Assembly: GCA_002189035.1 (NCBI GenBank) | Contig: NEEC01000016.1 | Span: forward strand, 868,001-932,000 | Direction of reading: 5' to 3' | Origin: Utricularia gibba | Taxonomy: Eukaryota > Plantae > Magnoliophyta | Length of the DNA: 64,000 bases | In this document: in pieces, positions 55,222 to 64,000 of the stretch | Position numbering within the stretch: the stretch's first letter is position 1 | Layout: the number at the start of each line of letters is the position of its first letter | Notes under the pieces: model-generated | What the model saw: only the letters and a program-made list of their open reading frames with translations | Told to the model about the DNA's origin: nothing | The model's database searches: none | Translations under genes and position numbers: made by a program

Positions 55222-56919
55222 CCGCTCACGTCCGGCTCTTCATTCAAAAGTACAACAGTAGGGTTTTTTCTTTTATGCCTATGAGCCAATTTACGTATGA
55301 TAACCATGTTTGCTTCCTGCTTCTCGTGCCTTGTGGTCTACTACGTTGTTGCTGAAACTCCATGCCTACTTACATGAGTATAATATCTGCAATAATTGTT
55401 GGGTTGCATGCAATTATGTGATCTAAAAAATGGATGAAAAGTCGGTCATCCACAGAGTCCATGGCATGGAAAGTGTTGCAAGAGGAACTCAGGATGACAA
55501 TGAGTTGAGTTGCTTTGGTTGAGTTTCATGAAAATACAAACTCAAACCAATATGGGCACTAAGTTCTGCTTGTTGGTTCAAGATTGATGGATACCTCTAT
55601 ACTAATCATTCCCTTGAAGCATGCCCACTTTTTTCTACTTCAAGACACTCCCTAAATGGACATCAGGAGAGCTCCATCTTCTCCACTCCACTAAGAGGGG
55701 CTTTTGGTGAAATCATGAAGCATCACACCGATCCTGCTTCCAAACGGTTGACCATAATTGTGCTGCGGCAGTCCTCCCAAGTTGTCATCATCATCGCCTT
55801 GCTTCCACAATGATGTTGCCTCTGTCAATCTTCCTGATGGCCAAAGACAATGCGGCGGCTGCTGAATGATGGGTGTCAGTTGGATTTGCATGAAAACGGG
55901 ACTCGCAAGTTTGGTAAAGAAGCTTCGGCGTGAGATTGGGTGTGTCCCATTCTCGTCTCATCTGTCTGGTTGCCCAACACATGTGCAGCCTGCGAGCTTA
56001 GAGAGAAGGATTTGTGATACCAAAACTGCTGTGAAAAGCGAGTGTCTGGTGGCGCGCCCGCATGCGCACACGATTGTGGTTTCTTGATGCCGACTCCATT
56101 ATCACCCCCATCCCCACACCTATCCTCAACCAACCTTCCATCCTTAGTGTTTAGATGCTGCAGAGTATTTTAATTAAATGTTATTTGATAGTAGAATATT
56201 AATATGTTTAAGTAATTGGGTATATATATATACATTCAATTGTAAGGTATATAATAAATAATGTGTTTGATATACGATAATAGAAATTCAATGTATAACA
56301 GTTGAAAAAAATATTTGATATATAATAAAAATATAAAGATCAAGGTTTGAAAGAAGAAATAATATTTGAAAAAATATAAATGATTAAACATGTCTTTATA
56401 TAGATATAATTAGTCCCTTATCTCCATTTGTGTATGTTGTTCACATACTCAAAAAATGAGTATGTAATTGATATGAACATATAAGTCTAACATACATATA
56501 TTAGTTAATCAAACAATAATTTATGTATTAATTTGAATATAAATATTATATAATATACTATCAAATATACTGTTTGACATTTGTGAATTCATTGTATCTA
56601 AACAAAGGATATTAAAATCGAGAGTTTTAAGAGTTTTGGGACATAAAATTATACAAGTGCCTTGTAAATTTCGTGTCACGTTTAGTAAACAAAGTTTGAG
56701 CATGATTCCATCGTGCTCAAGTCCAGGAGTCGGGTGATGGGGGATGGGTGTGTTTGTGTAAGGTTCATTTTTAAAACATGGAGTCTGGAAATGATTTCTT
56801 CTCCATTCCGAGCTCTCGCATGCCGAATCCCACTTTCTGTACTTTGAAGTTTGAACACATATATATATCACACTCTTGTCTACTCTTCCATATAAGATAC
56901 TCTGAACCGCCCCACTGCC

Positions 56920-58005
56920 ATGGCCGTTTCTGGGTTTGAGGGATTCGAGAAGCGCCTGGAGCTCCGATTCTCCGGCATCATCGACCCGAAAGGGCTCCGG
57001 CTGCTGGACTTCAGGGTGCTGGAGGAAGTTCTGAATGTGGTTCACTGCAGCGTGGTGTCCGCCGTCGGCAACCGGTACGTGGACTCGTACGTGTTGTCGG
57101 AGTCAAGCCTCTTTGTCTACCCTACACGAATCATAATCAAAACATGTGGAACCACGCACCTGCTGGAGTGTGTCACTCTTCTGGTGAACCATGCCGGCGC
57201 CATGGGATTCGCTCTCGCTCGCTGCAGCTACTCCCGCGGCAGCTTCTTTTTCCCCCAAGCTCAGCCCTTTCCTCACACCAGCTTCGAACAGGAAGTCTCG
57301 TTCCTGGAACGGAACCTGCCCGGAAATGTTTCCCGTCGGAAGGCCGCGGTTTTGAACTCCGGATCTCGCTACAAATGGCATGTTTTCACCGCGTGGGAGC
57401 TGGAAGATGGATTGAATGAAGATTTGTACACGGTGGAGATTTGTATGACGGGGCTCGACCGGGTTCAGGCGGAGAAGTTTTTCCGGGGACCGCAAGATGA
57501 TTGCAGCACCGGCGACTCCCAAGGAAAGGCGATGACGGCGGCGACAGGAATCAGTGAAATCAACAAGAATTCATTGGTTTGCGACTTTGCGTTCGATCCC
57601 TGCGGATACTCAATGAATGGGATCGACGCGAATCGTTATTCCACCATTCACGTCACTCCGGAGGAGGAGTTCAGCTACGCCAGTTTCGAGTGCCTGTGCG
57701 ACGATCGGGATACATTTTCCGAGGTACAAAGCACCACAACCGAATTTAGTAGGTAGCAAAAAAACCCTCCACATTATCGTCCTTGTCACCAGGCTATTTA
57801 TTCTCTACTCAAGGTATTGAAGAATGTGGTGAATGTTTTCCGGCCTGCGGCGGCTTCGGTAGCCATCACATGTCCGCCGGCGGAGTATGAGGTGCCCAAA
57901 ATGGCGGGGCATGCGCTTCGGAAGCTGGGGATGAAGCTCAGCAGCCGAGGAAGAGAAGAGTTTCCCGGCGCCGGAAGTGTTTTCTTTCAGAGCTTTACAA
58001 AGTAG
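56920..58005 (+). CDS. SAMDC: S-adenosylmethionine decarboxylase proenzyme (SAMDC4/BUD2-like), interrupted by one apparent intron (57724-57813)
   Basis: MAVSGFEGFEKRLEL, cleavage site YVLSE|SSLFV, IKTCGTT, FDPCGYSMNG and STIHVTPE. The first ORF stops at 57756 and the C-terminus resumes in frame at 57814 (VLKNVVNVFRP...VFFQSFTK-stop). Confidence 0.92.
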
Positions 58006-58547
58006 CGTTTTTTTGGGTGTTAATTACAAAAATAAATAAAAAATGATTATAATATTTGCATATAAAATAATATGAATTAAAAATCTGACCATATGTAAAA
58101 TAGTATATGATAAAATTAAATATTCGTAATATAAATTTTTTAATTTAATGTATGTGAAATATTATATTCATCACTACTCTTGTAAATGATACTATAAAAT
58201 ATTCCATTATTTTTGTATTTTTTATTTGATTTTTTTAAGGTCATAATGATTTACTCCACCACTAGGTTCTGCTTTAATGGAAGATGGCCCTAACTGTAAT
58301 ATGTATAAAATATTGTGGTCAATTTCTAAATTAACCTTTTTATTTAAATAATCAAGATATAAATAATGGAAAATGATATGGGCGCACGCGCAGATAGAGA
58401 AGGGGACCACCGCCACGTCAGGGATTAGATATAGGTTAGATTCTGATTAATTATATTTATAAGTTTTTAAATTATTTTTTTAAAAAAATAAAAATTATTA
58501 AATATAAAATAAAATAAAATAAAGATCACCTTCGAATATGATCTCGA

Positions 58548-58619
58548 AGCCCAATTGAACATTCTGGATCGGGTTTGGGTTGGCCCAGGTGAACCAGGTT
58601 TCGTTTTCGGGTTTGGGCC
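58548..58619. promoter_or_regulatory. Site II cluster upstream of the mitochondrial uS5m gene
   Basis: AGCCCA 58548, GGCCCA 58582 and TGGGCC 58614, within 150 nt of ATG 58692. Confidence 0.5.
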
Positions 58620-58691
58620 GAGAACTATGATTTGGAGGTAAACAAGCCTCATTCTCTGTACCTCCGCCGTCTTCTCCGATCGGCACCGGCC

Positions 58692-60963
58692 ATGAAGAGG
58701 GCAGTAATAGCGTATCGCCTTCTCCGTGGCGGTACTGTTGCCAGATTCTTGAAATGCCAAGAAAGTAACATTACGTTGGGTGGTCCTCGGAACACGGTTC
58801 CCACTTCGCAAACCACCGCAAGAAGATACTGCACCCATTTCTCCAGACTATCTCGAAACGCTCGTGACGCCGCTGAGGCTCGTGCATTGCAGGAGATTAC
58901 GTACGAAGCTGAGCGTGAGAGAGCTCGTGAGAGGGAGGAGGGGATCAAAGCCGGCCTTGATACTGCAGACCTTGATGCGGAATTAGAAGAGGATTACTTG
59001 GGTGTAAAACCGATAATTGAGAAGCTTGAGAAGGAGAGAGCGAAAGGTGACACGGCGGATTTGAACCGTTACGAGGAGCCGACGGATTCAGAATCTGAAG
59101 ATGAGGATAGAGCGTCGAGACAAGCAGCGACTAAGCGGTCCGAGCAATTCGAGAAAAAGTACAAGAGGCATGAAGAGCTGCTTGATGGGTTCGCCAAGGC
59201 CGGTTCGTGATCTTAGCTGATAATTCTTTGTGGCGTTTGGTATTTTTCCTGCTTGTTTTACATCGTTGCGGAGACTCTTGATTTTTGGTTTCGTTAGTGT
59301 ATCCGTTTTTCTGGTCTAAATTGTGCAGAGACTCTTGAAGATGCCCATAAATGGATGAATAGAATTGACAAGTTTGAGGAGAAGCATTTTCGGTTAAGGC
59401 TTGAGTATCGGGTGATTGGTGAGCTGATGCAGAGGCTTAAAGTAGCTGAAGATATTGAAACAAAATTTCTTCTTCAGAAGAAGATAGGAAGGGCGTTGCG
59501 GATGGTGGAGTGGAAAGAAGCTTTTGATCCTAATAATCCAGCGAATTATGGGGTTATTAAGAGTGAGGAGCTTGGATCTTCGGTGGATGCCTCGGAAAAT
59601 GCTGATGCTGGCGATGAGGAAAAGACAACAGAAAGTCACAAAGAAGATGCCGAATTGGAGTTTGATGATCTTAAAGAGAAAGATAATTTACTGTTGGAAC
59701 AGCTCAATGAAATAGATAAAAAGCTAGAACAAAAATTGGCTGAATTGGATCATACCTTTGGAAAGAAGGGTAAACTTCTAGAGGAGGAAATTAGAGATCT
59801 TGCTGAGGAGAGGAACTCATTAATGGAGCAGAAAAGGAAGCCGCTGTATAGAAAGGCAAGATAACTAATCTTTCATTCTTGCCATCTACAACTGGAGTTT
59901 CGTTGTGCATGACTTTTAAGTTATTTAATGTTTTTGCTGATTTGTCGAACCCCCTGTTGTTTATGTTACAGGGTTTTGATGTGAAGCTTATTGATGTCAA
60001 TAGAACCTGCAAAGTCACAAAGGTAAACAAAAAAGATCTTAATTTTTCCTTACCAGAGAAATTTGCATTGTGCTCACTGGAAAATGAGACAGGGTGGGCA
60101 AGTGGTGAAGTACACAGCGATGCTAGCATGTGGAAACTATCATGGTGTTGTTGGATTTGCTAAAGCTAAGGGTCCTGCAATCCCTGTAGCTCTTCAAAAG
60201 GTATACAGTGCATACATTTGAAGATTGCCCATGCAGAGTCGCCTGAAATTGCATGCCATCTATAGCTCTAAACTTTTTGGTTTTGAGTGATTTGGATTGA
60301 ACTCGTCTTTAGGTTAGGTGGAGAGATTTCTTTTGTGTGACTTCTTGCTGCCTTACAAATGTCGATAAATGCTTTTTCAGGCATACGAGAAGTGCTTTCA
60401 GAACCTTCATTTTATTGAGCGCCATGAGGAACATACAATTGCACATGCGATTCAAACATCATATAAGAAAACGAAGGTTTCATCGCCTGTTCTAACTTGT
60501 TCTTATTCATGAAGAGCTCCTGGTGCTTTTCTTCCTCTATGTCTTTTATGTTATCCAATTGTGACTTTTTTTTCTAGGTGTATCTTTGGCCAGCTTCAAC
60601 TCAGACCGGGATGAGAGCAGGCAAAACTGTCCAAACAATTCTTAATTTAGCTGGCTTCAGGAATGTGAAATCAAAGGTATTTGTCATACATAAACATCGG
60701 CAGGAAAAAATGATCTCCTTTGCATGCCTTGACAAGGATCATGCATGTAGGTAATTGGTTCAAGAAATCCTCATAACACAGTGAAGGCACTTTTCAAGGC
60801 TCTCAACGCGGTACCATTTTGATACGCTTGATGCATTTTCCATGCTATTATTTCACACGGTTTTTATCATATTTGCGTTTTTTTTTTCTTTTTTCAGATA
60901 GAAACTCCCAAGGATGTCCAGGAGAAGTTTGGACGAACTGTGGTGGAATCATATTTGCTGTAA
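58692..60963 (+). CDS. Mitochondrial ribosomal protein S5 family (uS5m, At1g64880-like), multi-exon
   Basis: Presequence-like start MKRAVIAYRLLRGG, a long acidic coiled-coil extension, then S5 domain GFDVKLIDVNRTCKVTK, GVVGFAKAKGPA, HEEHTIAHAIQT, TGMRAGKTV and GSRNPHNTVKALF; ends VVESYLL-TAA. Confidence 0.9.
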
Positions 60964-61637
60964 TAGGTAAGCTGCTTCACTATTTCAGTATTCTAGCATT
61001 CACCCACAAGTTGTCTAGTTAGGTTCATCTCAATTTAATGACAAGTTTTTATATAATTTTTTTTCCAGACGCAAGTTCTTGCTATGAAACGACGTTGATG
61101 CACCAATAGAACCGTACCCTGTTACTTATATTGCTCCGGGCGATGTTTAGGAATTTCAATAGTTATCTCATTCGTTGGATGCAAGAGAAATGCTTTGTAA
61201 CAATGGAGCTTCACCGCGGAAAGTTGAGGTTCATTCACGAAGTTGAAACACATGCTTCGGCTATAAAAACAGAGTTTTTGGTTGACTGATGATATCTTTT
61301 GTGACATTCTCATTCTTTGAAAGATAATGTGTAATCTCAACACATTTGGCAACTGGGGTATGAATGAAAGCTGACTTTCGATTTAGATGCATCATCCATA
61401 CGATTGTTACATTGTTGACTCTTGATATCCTAAGCAATAAGAAACATTGCAGCTGAAGAACTTGAATACAAGGTTGCAGAAAAGACATTTTAAGTTTGCT
61501 AGCCTCCATCAAGGGAGAGATATTGAGGAACATTATTATGCTGGAAAGTGATTTTGCTATACTAGTGCTTGTTGTTATGAATTGAGCAATGAGAATATCC
61601 ATTCAAAACTGATGGGGTGTGATTCCTCACCTCTTAC

Positions 61638-64000
61638 TCAGGGTAACAGTCCTGTCAACTGCATACTCAAGAGATCTGCCAGAGCATCACGGACTTCAAT
61701 CTGAAAAGCCAGAGACAAGCTCCAGTTCACATTCATATTCATCTTCATATCCATTGGTAAGTGAAAGCAGTCTCTCAAACCTGGTCGCAGCGGATAAGTT
61801 TTGTAATCGAGGGAAAAAATGCATTGAGGTGACTCTTGAAGATGTGGGGGTTCATTCCACTCATGCTTTTCAGCACCTGCATGATCAGAGTTGAAGGGAG
61901 AGTGTGTCATGAAACCAAAAATCGGAATCTGCCTGGCTGAGAGAGATGATTAGTTACCTTGACAGTAATAGGAGATCGGAGCTCTGCAACTCGATGGATC
62001 TCCATGTTGGTTGTCTCGTCCAAGCTAGCTTGAAAATCGGACGCCTCTCTGAGAACCTCTTCACAGAAAGAAACCAGCTTTGCTTCTGCTACACAGTCAA
62101 GTTTCTCTTTCACCGCTTGTTCTTCATTCACTGCTGCTGTTGTCTTCTGCAGGATGTCCAGGTAAATGCTAGTTCCAGACAACTCCTGCCGGAACAGATT
62201 CGACGGGGACCTATTGTTGCAGAAAAAACGTTTCAGAGCTATACAACAAAAGTAGGAAGAACATGAGGAAACTCTGTTGCAAGTCGAGATAACAACCTTT
62301 CAGTTGGAATTTGGTGCATCCGCAGTCTGAGGTTGGAGCATGAGTTGTAGGAGGCAGCGAACTCCAAGACAGAATACAGAATCTCCATCAAGCTAACCTT
62401 TTGCTGTGCATTCAGCTTACTCCAATATTTGCTCTGGAATTTGGAAACGGTGAAGCTAAGCCGAAAGTCAAATCTCAAATGCACAAGATATGAAGATGTC
62501 TCCGCAAAAACATTTGCAATACAGGAACCAAGCTTTAGTAGGAAGAACAATGGAAAGAAAGTTAAACTGGAAGTGTTTCTGTTCACCTGAATACAATCAA
62601 CGACGCCCAAGAGTAAAAGCTGAGTGATGCATTTACTCCTCACAATGTCCAGGCCAAGGCCTTCCTTTGTACCTCTCGTATCCACATCAGGAACAGCAGT
62701 CTAGCAAAATCACACAGAAAAAAAAAAAAAATCTTTCACCTTGACAATAGAAGTGCAGCGGAATATAAAGTTTGGCATGTAAAGAACGAAAGATTTACAT
62801 GATCACCAGCTCTTGTAGGAGAAGATGGAGTTACTTCATCAAACTCAAGTGCTTTTCGCCTCGATGTGACGCCTCTCATTAACAGGTTCTCTTTCATATT
62901 TTCCATAATTTTTTGTCCAAATGATTGACTGCTCTGAAGGCTTGCAGTTTTGGAAGGATTTCCAGCTGCTCCAGGTGATGATAGAATGCCTAGACAAGAA
63001 AGCCAATATTTGAAGTTTTAGAACAGTGACAAGATGTTAACTGGAAACTGTGCATTTTACAGGCTAGCAATATAGACGAAGCACTAACCGTTGGTTCTCT
63101 CGGCATCACCATGGCTCATAGTTTCTTGATTATGATCCGCTCCATGCAAATCAACGCTAGCAACTATGAGTGCTGGAGATGAGTCCCTTGGTAGATACTT
63201 GCCCTTCTCAAAACCCGGATCATTGAGCAGCTCAAGAGGTTGGGTGGTGTAAGAAACATCCCTGCTCAGAGATCAGATGATTTACTACTCAGGTTACAAC
63301 ACTTGAAATTATCTATAAAAAAAAAGCCTCTACCTTGTGCTTTTTAACAATGCATCCCAGTCCGGGTCACTGAACTGGTAACCTCCAACTTCGATGAGAT
63401 GCACCAGAGCACCAAAAGAGATTGAGATAACTAATTGGTCATTTTTCTTGGCACAGTCGAACAGCAAACTGAGGAGTTGTGGCAGCATATGACTCACGTC
63501 CTAATGTGAGGAATCCATTACATAGAATATTTTAATATGCATACTCGACATGTTAGGCACATTTGACATGAAAGACATAGCCAAAATATTTGTTCCCAAC
63601 GCAGTGATATTCAGTGCATCAAAGGAAAAAGAAGTTTTGTGGCATTACAAAGTGGAGCTCACAAACACATCAAAAGATTCAGTAAGCTTATTACCTTGTA
63701 AAAAGAATTGAACAGATTGCACAGCAACTGCAGGGCATGAGCACTGCTTTCACGGGTCAAATCACTACTAGAGGATACAAAATCCTGTCTTCCAGCTTTT
63801 ATTATGTTGCTAAAAATGGGAAACAGGACTTGCTGGAAAATTGTCTCCCAAAATAATTTTGAAAACTGGTTACCCCTCTGATCAAGCAAATCAAACAAAA
63901 CCTCAAGTGCACAGTCTCGAATCTCTGGTCTTCGATCAGAGGTTAGGTGAGACAGGCCATTAAGCATGGCATACCAATATTTCTCAGCATAAGCATGGTC
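61638..64000 (-). CDS. BIG5: Sec7-family ARF-GEF BIG5/MIN7, 3' portion only (gene extends beyond the window)
   Basis: [21 protein letters not shown]...[68 protein letters not shown] and [19 protein letters not shown]-stop. Confidence 0.88.

Noticed and set aside
61122-61602. Minus-strand ORFs of 76 and 113 aa between uS5m and BIG5
   Set aside because: No recognisable homology or splice structure; most likely overlapping 3'UTR sequence of the two convergent genes.

Overview
Eukaryotic (eudicot plant) nuclear DNA from an unusually compact genome. I count 22 protein-coding genes (the last runs off the right edge) plus one lipoxygenase pseudogene in 64 kb, about one gene per 2.9 kb, with most introns about 70-120 nt. 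Genes in order: VPS20(+), APS kinase(+), transit-peptide-bearing cytosolic-type uL23/RPL23a(-), FYVE4-like(+), PLS-E PPR(-), BAM1(-), AMBRA1-like WD40(+), IPMI large subunit(+), PRP19/MAC3(-), HAD-IIIB acid phosphatase(+), NAD(P)HX dehydratase(-), small GTGVFIP-motif protein(+), RH58(+), carboxylesterase(-), VMP1/KMS(-), LOX pseudogene(+), TIM22(-), Gly/Pro-rich wall protein(+), ARM-repeat protein(+), LIFEGUARD/BI1-like(+), SAMDC(+), mitochondrial uS5m(+), BIG5/MIN7 3' part(-). Top observation: a three-exon gene fusing a plastid-type transit peptide to a diverged eukaryotic (80S-type) L23, a candidate replacement for plastid-encoded rpl23. Other notable items are an apparent gained intron in the SAMDC coding region, DM14-like repeats in FYVE4, a deletion-riddled LOX remnant, a frameshifted secreted Gly/KPFP protein and an orphan site II/telo-box promoter. 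No rRNA, tRNA, CRISPR or intact transposon was recognised. Limits: gene identities come from remembered protein motifs, not database searches. Splice sites and coordinates were read by hand. The species is unknown; gene density would fit a miniature genome such as Lentibulariaceae, but that is inference only.
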